From Parasynechococcus marenigrum WH 8102 (lineage in GTDB: Bacteria; Cyanobacteriota; Cyanobacteriia; PCC-6307; Cyanobiaceae), in assembly GCF_000195975.1 (NCBI RefSeq), contig NC_005070.1:360001-392000 (forward strand): DNA of 32,000 nt, read 5' to 3'. The translations under genes were made by a program, and so were the position numbers. The notes under the pieces are model-generated. The model made no database searches. It saw nothing but the letters and a program-made list of their open reading frames with translations, and was not told where the DNA came from. Shown in pieces: positions 23,690-31,651 of the stretch. Numbering within the stretch: the stretch's first letter is position 1; each line of letters starts with the position of its first letter.

Positions 23690-24300
23690 GGACTTGAGGA
23701 TGACCTTGGACGGAGGGATTTTGATCAGCCCGTCATCTAAATTTTATTGTATCAAGAGTGACGTTTCATACGGTGTCTGCTGCATGGCCGCAGTTAAGTT
23801 TGCCGTGTTTTGCATTGCATCGTTGTGGATGGGCAGCTTGTTGTTCGTAGGACGCGGCACAAACCCTTGCCATTGGCTTTGATTGTTAAGAGGGTTGCTC
23901 GTCTTCATAGCGGACAAGATGCAAGGTTGGGGTCGGTGCCATGTCAACCAGTGTTGATTAATGGCAGTGCTTTCTCATCGCTCCTCAACTTTCTTCCACA
24001 CACTTCTTTCAGCATCCACTGGTACGAGCTTGCACGTCATAGTCAACACGTCCCCCGGTGGTTTCTCTCCATCGTTACTGATTGGGATGGTGCCCACACC
24101 AAGCGGTTGTTTGATCTGTCCGCCAGCGACTGGATCCGCGCTTACACCTCTCACGCGCCAATGCCGGGCAGCTGAAGGGGCTTGCAGTGTTGCCCTCTGG
24201 TGGTCGATCTCACTTGGTGGTCAGGCTCAACCAGCAGGATGGGTCGGCTGTTCTCAGCCATTGGGTTGAAAGACGGTCACTCCGCTCAGTAGGGTGAACG

Positions 24301-24627
24301 TTGGTGAATTGCCTGGGCGAAAGAATGGCCGCTGATCACGCGCTTCTGAAGGAAGTCGCACTGGAGCTGTGGAACACGACCAAAAAGCTACGGCCTGGGT
24401 TGCCGAAGGCACCGCGCGCTCAGTTGGTGCTCAAAGCTTTGATGATCATTGGCGATGTCAGTGACCAACTGGAAGCAGCCATGGTGCTTGGCTTGATCGC
24501 CGAGCAGGAGCCGGATGATGCGTCCGATCAGCCTGAGGATGGAGAGGACAAAACTGTCGATCAACAGGAGACTGACAGCAGTCGCACGACGCCGCGGGTC
24601 GTCCGCAAGCGCTCCGGTTCGAGCTAA
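24301..24627 (+). CDS. hypothetical acidic protein
   Basis: 108-aa ORF with a TTG start (ATG at 24325, MAADHALL). It is convergent with the glycan operon. Confidence 0.4.
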   Translation: MVNCLGERMAADHALLKEVALELWNTTKKLRPGLPKAPRAQLVLKALMIIGDVSDQLEAAMVLGLIAEQEPDDASDQPEDGEDKTVDQQETDSSRTTPRVVRKRSGSS

Positions 24628-24669
24628 ATCAAGTGTCCCTATCACCCGGCCCAGTTCTGGGTGGTTGGT

Positions 24670-25374
24670 TTAGCTCAGCTGACCACGACTGAGATCCTGA
24701 AGGTCAACGTCGCCATAAAAAAGATCCAGATCATCGCCATAGCGCTCAACGACGAGTTGGACGAGGCCTGGGTCAGCAAAATACTGGCTCACATCACTGT
24801 GGTCGTCGCTCCGGCGACGATTTTTTTCGGGGAGGTTTCCAAGTGATGGAAGCCGCTCTCGTTTCATGCATGTTTCGAGCTGCTGCCAATCGGTCGCCAT
24901 GCTTTCCAGTCGGCCGATGAAGTTGGGTATGAGTTGCCCGTCGAGGCAAAGAATGCTGCTTTGGGGAAGCAAATGCACATCCACTGCAGCATCTACTGTC
25001 CCTGCAATGCACTCCAGAAAAGCAGGAAAGCCCATCTTGTGGCTGAGTCCCATGGCTTGCATTGGTCCTGGAACTTCATCCAATTCTAGAATCTTATTGT
25101 TGTAAGCCGAGACCAGTCGATCGAAAGGGTTGCGCACGAAGCTGAAGCTGAAGTGCGTGCCGCGACGCATACGTGCGGAGTATTTATCCGTCATGGATGT
25201 TTCTCCATGGGTGCCTTTGCTCCAGAAAGCATCTGAGGTTGTACGTGACCCTTGCTCTGGTGAAGTCGTCAGTAACCGACAGAGGCAGGCTTTGATCGAG
25301 CTGTTGGCAACTTTTGGGACTCGGCCATACAGCAAAGGCAGGTCACGAAACTGAATGTAATGACGCTCGTTCAC
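24670..25374 (-). CDS. sulfotransferase, family 2 (carbohydrate sulfotransferase-like)
   Basis: 234 aa. It has the 5'-PSB-like RVPKVANSSIK and the 3'-PB-like FSFVRNPFDRLVSAYNNK. It is a paralogue of 26210..26986. The GTG start overlaps the upstream stop (GTGA). Confidence 0.85.
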   Translation of the reverse strand: MNERHYIQFRDLPLLYGRVPKVANSSIKACLCRLLTTSPEQGSRTTSDAFWSKGTHGETSMTDKYSARMRRGTHFSFSFVRNPFDRLVSAYNNKILELDEVPGPMQAMGLSHKMGFPAFLECIAGTVDAAVDVHLLPQSSILCLDGQLIPNFIGRLESMATDWQQLETCMKRERLPSLGNLPEKNRRRSDDHSDVSQYFADPGLVQLVVERYGDDLDLFYGDVDLQDLSRGQLS

Positions 25375-26213
25375 AGCTCCCAGTAGTCGCTGGGTTTACC
25401 CATGTAAGCCAGCATCTGCTGAGCATCTGGCTCGACGTGACGCAACACTCGGCGTCTTAATCCGTTGTTCCATTCTGGTTTCTCAACGTAGCCACGTCCT
25501 TTTTCGCCAGCCTGGTTCTCCTTGGGTAAAGCGCCATTGGAATCCAGCAGTTTCTTGACCATCGGTCTGACACCCAGGAAGCGAATCATGCTTCGCAGCG
25601 AACGCTTTGGTGAGGTCAGCAGATCTTCAAAGGTCATGCAGTGGATCTGATCATCGGGGTAAAACCGACGGAATGCCGAAAGGCGCTGGTAATACATCGA
25701 ACAGCCCACGATCAGTTTGCGTAGGTGGCGGTCACGCATCAGTTCGCTGAAATCTGCGCAGTCCGGGTTGCGACCCCGGTAGTGGCGCCATTGGGAAACG
25801 ATTCGGTCTAGTGGGTGCCGGACGATATAAATCAACTTCAGATCCGGTAGATAGCGATGCATCAACTCTGGAGTTTTGCTGAATGAATGCAGTCCGCTGG
25901 CGTACATCGTGCTACCTTCTCCCCTCAACGCAAAATCTTTTCCCTTTTTGAATCTCGAGGCATACCAGTCCCAGCCTTTTTTGTAATAACGACCGAAGAA
26001 TTTGGGCTCCTTGGGTTTGCTGATGAAGATATCTGGATGTTGCGGCAGGATTGTGGTCAGTGTTGTTGTGGCGGATTTTGCGGCGCCAATAATGACGAAA
26101 TTAGGGAGAGAGTCACGATGTAGATCCACGATATCGGCATGCTTGCCTCGGAGACCTTTGCGGATCAGTTTCATGGGGCTTGGGGTGGATGGCATGACGT
26201 CAGTGTTGATCAA
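25371..26213 (-). CDS. sulfotransferase, family 1/3 type
   Basis: 280 aa with FVIIGAAKSATTTL (PAPS 5'-phosphosulfate loop), KEPKFF and IYIVRHPLDRIVSQW. The track start is TTG (TTGA overlap). Alternative ATG starts lie at 26195 and 26174. Confidence 0.87.
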   Translation of the reverse strand: MINTDVMPSTPSPMKLIRKGLRGKHADIVDLHRDSLPNFVIIGAAKSATTTLTTILPQHPDIFISKPKEPKFFGRYYKKGWDWYASRFKKGKDFALRGEGSTMYASGLHSFSKTPELMHRYLPDLKLIYIVRHPLDRIVSQWRHYRGRNPDCADFSELMRDRHLRKLIVGCSMYYQRLSAFRRFYPDDQIHCMTFEDLLTSPKRSLRSMIRFLGVRPMVKKLLDSNGALPKENQAGEKGRGYVEKPEWNNGLRRRVLRHVEPDAQQMLAYMGKPSDYWEL

Positions 26214-26986
26214 GCGCTGATTTGTACCCGTTGCCGTTTCTTGGCTTTGACCACACCTCGCTGGAGAGGGGGTAGCTTATTGAGTGGATGGCCATCGAGC
26301 AACAGGTCAAGGCTGTAGTCGCTGTAGAAACGTTTGAAGTCCTGCTCATATCGCTCGATGACCATGTCAATCAATGTTGTGCAATGGAACAAAACGCGAA
26401 TATCACTGCGCCCTTCACGACGGACGTTTTTCTGTGGAATAGCCCCGAGTGTCGGAAGACCCTCCAGTTTCATCCGGCGGCGTAAGCGTCTCCAATGGTC
26501 CGTCATATGTTCCATTCGACCGATGAATTTCGGCACCAATTTGTTGTCTGATAACAACATCTCAGCCTGTGGGCGAACATGATTGTCCATCAGGTCGGGG
26601 TCTGCCTTGCAGACGATCTCAATGAACTGGTCGAAAGCCATGCCATGCCGCAGACCCATTGTTTTCATGGGCAACGGCACATCATCAATTTCCAGAATTT
26701 TGTTGTTGTAAGACGCCACCAGTCGGTCGAATGGGTTGCGCACGAAGCTGAAACTGAAATGGCTGGAACGCAAGCGTCTGGCTTGCTGCGGTGTCACCAG
26801 CTGAGTTTCCCCGTGGGTGTGTTCTCGCCAGAATCGATCCGCCGTGGTCTTGATCCCACCGTCTGGACGCTGGACCAGAAATTTGCAGAGAGCGGATTTG
26901 ATGGAAGAGTTGGCTACTTTCGGTACACGCCCATACAGCAGGGGGATGTCGCGAAACAGGATGAAGTGCCGAGGTGACTTGCTCAT
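26210..26986 (-). CDS. sulfotransferase, family 2 (carbohydrate sulfotransferase-like)
   Basis: 258 aa with RVPKVANSSIK and FSFVRNPFDRLVASYNNK. The ATG overlaps the stop of the neuB-fusion gene (ATGA). Confidence 0.85.
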   Translation of the reverse strand: MSKSPRHFILFRDIPLLYGRVPKVANSSIKSALCKFLVQRPDGGIKTTADRFWREHTHGETQLVTPQQARRLRSSHFSFSFVRNPFDRLVASYNNKILEIDDVPLPMKTMGLRHGMAFDQFIEIVCKADPDLMDNHVRPQAEMLLSDNKLVPKFIGRMEHMTDHWRRLRRRMKLEGLPTLGAIPQKNVRREGRSDIRVLFHCTTLIDMVIERYEQDFKRFYSDYSLDLLLDGHPLNKLPPLQRGVVKAKKRQRVQISA

Positions 26987-29247
26987 GCCCCCGCCGCTGC
27001 TTCCAGGCGTTCAAGGGCCAGCCAGGCACCCTCACCCCCGTTCTTATGACCTTGCCAGATCTCCGGAATGAACGAGGCCTTTGGGCAGTGGTGATGAATC
27101 TGCTCGAACAACTGCACCCAGTCGATGTCACCGTCGTTGATCTGCAATCCTTCACCGTCAACATCTTTGGCATCGGCTAGATGCAGATGTGCTGTAAACG
27201 GCAGGATCTGATCGAGGAACTGACGGAATGGAATGTGCAGATGATTGCAGGCGAGTTTTGAGTGGGAGACATCCAGGCAGACCCTCATCCCCTGCTCCTT
27301 ACAGAACTGATGGATAAAGTCGGAATCCACAAACAGGTTGTGGAAGCGTTGCCCACCGAAGTGCCAGGGGAAGGGGGGCATCGTCTGTGGAATGATCTCC
27401 ACTTCACCAGCGGTGTTGAGTTGCTGCAGGCTCGCAATCAGCCGCTCGCGCAGGGGCTCACGCTCGCTGCGGGAGAGGTGATGGTGTTCAGAGAAGCCGC
27501 CCACATTGGTCACCAGCAACACTGGATCCGGGCACTGGAATCGGGTTCTGAGATCACTGGAGATGTCGATCACCCGCTGCAGTTCCGCGATCGAGTGGTC
27601 CCGATAGCTCGAATCTTCTGTGCAGAGGTCCAAGGTGTGGTCGCCGGCGAACAGTTCCGGTGCGTGAACCACCAGGCCGATGCCCTGCCGATTGGGTAAG
27701 ACCTGGTCAAGATCCACCTCAAGGTCCTTGTAGCTGAGGTGGATCTCCACCAGATCGAGGTTGCTGACCTGTGAGAACACCTTGATGTCGTGGTAACGAA
27801 CGGGCAGACCAAACGGTTGTTTGAACCGGTAGTGGCGTGGAGTCGCCGCCGGTGTTTCCAGATCGGATGGGAAGAACACCTCTCCCTGAGCCTTGGCCAC
27901 AGGTAAGCGTCGACCGATCAGATCGTTCAGCCGGTTGGGTTGCAGACCCTGGCCCGGGCTCTGGATGCGAACCATCGCTTCGGTGATCTCCGTCCCGGCC
28001 GGTACATCACAGGCCGCCACAAGGCTTTTAGCCAGCACCTCACGGTTCATCATCTCGCCCTGGCTGATGCTGCGTTCGCCGCCCTGGCCCATGGATTCCT
28101 CCACCCGCCGGATGCCCTGCATCATCTGAGCGAATTCATCCGGCAACAGGCTCACTTTGTGGTCGTTTCCCTCCATGCCCCGATCGATGGTGATGTGTTT
28201 TTCGATCACCGCTGCCCCCATCGCCACCGCCGCAATCGGCACCTCAATTCCCCGTTCATGACCGGAGTAGCCGACCGGTGCATCCGCCAATTCCTTCAGG
28301 CGCTCTAGATAGCGCAGGTTGACGTCCTTGAACGGCGTTGGATAGGTGGAATTGCAGTGCAGCAGCACGTAGTTCGCCCCCTCCTGCTGCAGGTGACGGA
28401 TGCCGGAGCGGATCTCCAGTTCGCTGGCCATGCCGGTGGAGCAGATCAGCGGTTTGCCGGTGGCGGCCAACTGGCTGATCAGGGCGTGATTGGTGAAGTC
28501 GGCGGAGGCCACCTTGAACCCCTCCATACCCCAGCCATTCAGCTTCTCCAGGCTGGTCTCATCCCAGGGGGTACAGAGCGGCACGAGCCCTTTTGAGGCG
28601 GCGTAGTCGAAACAGCGGAACAACTCATCGTCACTGAGCTGGAACCGTTCCAGCAGATCCAAGGTGTATTGGGTCCCCAGATCCGAGGCCATGTCGTTGC
28701 TGTCGCCGGCGTTGCTGTACAGCTTCGACATGTCCCTCATCTGGAACTTGGCGCAGTCCGCACCAGCCGAGTGGGCGGCATCGATCAGCTGTAGGGCAAT
28801 GCTGATATCGCCGTTGTGGTTGTTGCCGATCTCGGCGATCACGAAGCTCGGTTCGCCATCGCCGATGCGGCGGGAGCCCAACTGCAAACCGTCCGTGGCC
28901 GGTAATGCAACCGCCACGATCCGTCCGTGGCTGTCCAGCAGTGGTAGGGCAATGATCCGCGACGTCAGCAGGCTGGAAAGTTCTCCGGGGGGAGTGCCCT
29001 CTGCGGCGCTGCGGCAGTTGGGGTTCATCGCCGCCGTTACCGGACGGTTCAAATCGATGTCACCGCAACCGGCAATCCAGCGACGGAAATCGCCATCGGT
29101 AAGAACACCCTGCAAGATGCCGGACTCCGACACCACGAAAATCAGCCGCGACCGGTTGGCGGTGATCTTGCTGAGGGCGGAGAGGATTGTGTCTTCAGCG
29201 AATACGACGAACTGAGTGAAGTTCCTCTCGATCTGGATACCCTTCAC
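26983..29247 (-). CDS. neuB: CBS-pair / nonulosonic (sialic) acid synthase NeuB with SAF domain / xylose-isomerase-like TIM-barrel fusion protein
   Basis: 754 aa. The N-terminus is a CBS pair (LQGVLTDGDFRRWI ... IALPLLDSHGRIVAV). The NeuB core reads FVIAEIGNNHNGDISIALQLIDAAHSAGADCAKFQ ... LHCNSTYPTP ... GYSGHERG ... IEKHITID. The SAF-like segment reads KSLVAACDVPAGTEITEAMVRIQSPGQG. The C-terminal ~280 aa carry sugar-phosphate isomerase/AP-endonuclease-2 type motifs (VHAPE..., LDVSHSKL, HLHLADA). Confidence 0.92.
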   Translation of the reverse strand: MKGIQIERNFTQFVVFAEDTILSALSKITANRSRLIFVVSESGILQGVLTDGDFRRWIAGCGDIDLNRPVTAAMNPNCRSAAEGTPPGELSSLLTSRIIALPLLDSHGRIVAVALPATDGLQLGSRRIGDGEPSFVIAEIGNNHNGDISIALQLIDAAHSAGADCAKFQMRDMSKLYSNAGDSNDMASDLGTQYTLDLLERFQLSDDELFRCFDYAASKGLVPLCTPWDETSLEKLNGWGMEGFKVASADFTNHALISQLAATGKPLICSTGMASELEIRSGIRHLQQEGANYVLLHCNSTYPTPFKDVNLRYLERLKELADAPVGYSGHERGIEVPIAAVAMGAAVIEKHITIDRGMEGNDHKVSLLPDEFAQMMQGIRRVEESMGQGGERSISQGEMMNREVLAKSLVAACDVPAGTEITEAMVRIQSPGQGLQPNRLNDLIGRRLPVAKAQGEVFFPSDLETPAATPRHYRFKQPFGLPVRYHDIKVFSQVSNLDLVEIHLSYKDLEVDLDQVLPNRQGIGLVVHAPELFAGDHTLDLCTEDSSYRDHSIAELQRVIDISSDLRTRFQCPDPVLLVTNVGGFSEHHHLSRSEREPLRERLIASLQQLNTAGEVEIIPQTMPPFPWHFGGQRFHNLFVDSDFIHQFCKEQGMRVCLDVSHSKLACNHLHIPFRQFLDQILPFTAHLHLADAKDVDGEGLQINDGDIDWVQLFEQIHHHCPKASFIPEIWQGHKNGGEGAWLALERLEAAAGA

Positions 29248-29285
29248 AATTCGCCCCGCAGGTGCCTAAGCAGAACCTGTGGACA

Positions 29286-30599
29286 CTACCCCACGTCCCT
29301 GTAGGTCAGGCTCAGCAGCAGGCGCCTGATGATGCGGTTCCGTTGCTGTACTGCACGCAGCCGACGGGCCACATTGCGATGGGTCGGTCGCATCAGGCTT
29401 CCGAGTTGCAACAGGCTCTGGGCTTCCTCCCAATTCTTTTGACCGATGGCTTGCTCAGCGTCGCGTCGCAGCTGGGTGAAGCTGAGATTGGCGTTAGAGA
29501 GATATCCGGATGTTGTGCTGAGGCGTTCAGGTGGATCGGCACGCAGCTGGCCTAAAGCCTCGATCAGATCCACAGGGTCGAGATTCGTGCCGTATCCCAT
29601 CCAGGCCAGCCAGTCGGCGTCCGGCGAAGGCAGTGAACGATCAAGAGCATCAAGGTCCTCGACCTGATCAAGGCAGCGCCAAACACCCGAACCTGCAAAG
29701 ACATGGCTGCCATTGGCAGGATTGATGCCGAAATCGGCCATCACCAAAGGCCTGCAACCCATATCCAATGCGTCGAAGAAGGCGGTTGAGGAGATGGTGG
29801 CCGTCAACCTGGCCTGACGCAGCAAGTCGGGCAAAGGCCGATAGTCGAATCGCAGGTTGTCGGGGGGGTGGCCAAGGGCCTGCTGCAATGTGGTGCTGAT
29901 GTGGTCTGTGATGCTGTGGAAGGTTGCCTCCCCGGGGGCAATACGCGGTTTGATCAACACCTCCCAGTCCGGGGAACGCCGGGCAAGGTCCGCCAAAATC
30001 CGCACCATCTCAGCGCGGTCTGCAGGACTGGACGGCATCACCACCTGTTCTGCAAACACCAGTTGCTTGCGCCTCTGTTCTTGGTCGAGGAGCTGATCAT
30101 CTGAGATCTCCTGGCGGTGCAATCCGGTGAGAACCGTGCGCTGACCGGCAAACGGACTTCCCTCCAGCATTCGGTCCAGCGCCTCACGATCCCGAGGGCC
30201 ACTGAGGCAGACGAGGTCGTAACCCAGCCGCCAGCTCATGCCTTCCATGAACTTCTCCAGCACAACGCCGTTGAATCCGCAGAACAACAACGGTCGCTCA
30301 CGACTGGGCAGCAATCCCAACGCCAGTCGGAAATCACTGATTTTGCTGCCGGTGAGGTAGACGCCAATGGCATCGAAGTGGAGCAGCTCGGAGTGAGTCA
30401 GCAACTGCCCCATGTCCAGCCGCCAGAGATCACCAAGGGCAGCAGCCCGCTGCAGTATCGAATCGGGTGTTCCCTCACGCGGGATGGCGTTGATGGTGAC
30501 CTGAACGTTGAGGTCCGACGGGAAGCGACATAGCGCTTCACAGGCCAACAATTGGCTGTCGCTGTCTCCGATCAGCAGCAGTTTGAACGGATCGTTCAT
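29286..30599 (-). CDS. uncharacterised protein, paralogue family member 3 (possible two-Rossmann glycosyltransferase-like)
   Basis: 437 aa, clearly paralogous to 30596..31651. Aligned segments: LLLIGDSDSQLLACEAL vs ILLVSDDDSSALACQLL; SPDWEVLIKPR vs SPEWSVVIQRD; ISSTAFFDALDMGCRPLVMADFGI vs VSSPWSLTAMAWGRPTLLIGDYGI; FAGSG vs FFGSG. It has an extra C-terminal ~90 aa with a basic tail. Confidence 0.8.
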   Translation of the reverse strand: MNDPFKLLLIGDSDSQLLACEALCRFPSDLNVQVTINAIPREGTPDSILQRAAALGDLWRLDMGQLLTHSELLHFDAIGVYLTGSKISDFRLALGLLPSRERPLLFCGFNGVVLEKFMEGMSWRLGYDLVCLSGPRDREALDRMLEGSPFAGQRTVLTGLHRQEISDDQLLDQEQRRKQLVFAEQVVMPSSPADRAEMVRILADLARRSPDWEVLIKPRIAPGEATFHSITDHISTTLQQALGHPPDNLRFDYRPLPDLLRQARLTATISSTAFFDALDMGCRPLVMADFGINPANGSHVFAGSGVWRCLDQVEDLDALDRSLPSPDADWLAWMGYGTNLDPVDLIEALGQLRADPPERLSTTSGYLSNANLSFTQLRRDAEQAIGQKNWEEAQSLLQLGSLMRPTHRNVARRLRAVQQRNRIIRRLLLSLTYRDVG

Positions 30600-31651
30600 G
30601 GCAGCAACTCCTCCAGGCGGCGGATCAGGCGCGCGGCGCCGTCATGCACCCCCCAGCCCATGGACTGCAGCCAGGACGTGTTGACGGGTGGCACATCCAG
30701 CAGTTGATCCAAGTGGTCGATCGACTGCAGGCGATGCATCAGTCCGCTGCCGAAGAACGTCGTTGTGCCTTGATCGGAGTGGATGCCGTAATCGCCGATG
30801 AGCAGGGTTGGCCGGCCCCAGGCCATGGCGGTCAGGCTCCAGGGGGAGCTGACGCAGAGACAGGCACTGCAGCTAGCCAGCTGGGTCAAGAGCTGACCAG
30901 GTGCACCAAACACCAGATTGTCGGGGAAGGTCCAATCGCTGGATTGGAACTTAGAGATCCAAGGCTGACCTTTCTCCCAGGCGTGGTCGCGTTGGATCAC
31001 AACCGACCACTCGGGGGACGTTTCGGCCCAGCGGATCAATTGCCGCAGCAACTGTGCTTTGGCACCGATCTGGGTGGGGATGGCCTCCTGAACCAAGGCG
31101 AGCAGGGTATGAGGTGGTTGTGGTGTTCCCCCATTGAGAGCTCCGAGGGGAGGACGTTCCGGAGAAAACCAATGCCCGATCGCCTCGATTGATGGACTGG
31201 CCACGCTCTCGGGCCAGAACTGTGTGATCGCTTCAAGCTCCCGTCGCTGACGATCTCCTGGCACCACCAACAGATCACAGCATTGGCTGTCGCATAGCTG
31301 ACGCACCAGGCTGTCGCCGAGGGAGGCCTGGAGAGGACCGCTGAACACCAGAGCTGGCCGCACACCACGCTGCCGTGCGAGGTCCCGGTGAGCATGGGTA
31401 AAGCGCTCAAGTTGGTCGCTGCGACGGATGAACAACCCAACGGCGCTGGCGGACTCCAACAGCTCATGGCCCAGCAGATCCATCAGGGTCAGTGGGATTT
31501 GCGGGGTGACGGAAGGCAGAGGGCTGTCTCGGCGTGAGGACAGTGCCGGTCCAATGGTCAGACAGGTCTGGCCGCAGCGTTCCAGCTGCTGTTGCAGCAG
31601 CTGGCAGGCCAGAGCGCTGCTGTCGTCATCACTGACCAGAAGGATCGTCAT
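30596..31651 (-). CDS. uncharacterised protein, paralogue family member 2
   Basis: 351 aa from the ATG at 31651, which overlaps the upstream stop (ATGA). The track GTG start at 31666 is less likely. The downstream ATGA overlap is at 30596-30599. Confidence 0.8.
   Translation of the reverse strand: MTILLVSDDDSSALACQLLQQQLERCGQTCLTIGPALSSRRDSPLPSVTPQIPLTLMDLLGHELLESASAVGLFIRRSDQLERFTHAHRDLARQRGVRPALVFSGPLQASLGDSLVRQLCDSQCCDLLVVPGDRQRRELEAITQFWPESVASPSIEAIGHWFSPERPPLGALNGGTPQPPHTLLALVQEAIPTQIGAKAQLLRQLIRWAETSPEWSVVIQRDHAWEKGQPWISKFQSSDWTFPDNLVFGAPGQLLTQLASCSACLCVSSPWSLTAMAWGRPTLLIGDYGIHSDQGTTTFFGSGLMHRLQSIDHLDQLLDVPPVNTSWLQSMGWGVHDGAARLIRRLEELLP

Noticed and set aside
24151-24261. 36-codon minus ORF starting MAENSRPILLVEPDHQ, reminiscent of a response-regulator receiver N-terminus. 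A CGTTCAC motif upstream (about 24291-24297) also resembles the leader element.
   Set aside because: The ORF is too short, and similarity is limited to one beta-strand motif. The upstream sequence lacks the matching GAACG and CCUC/GAGG helices of the two leader copies.
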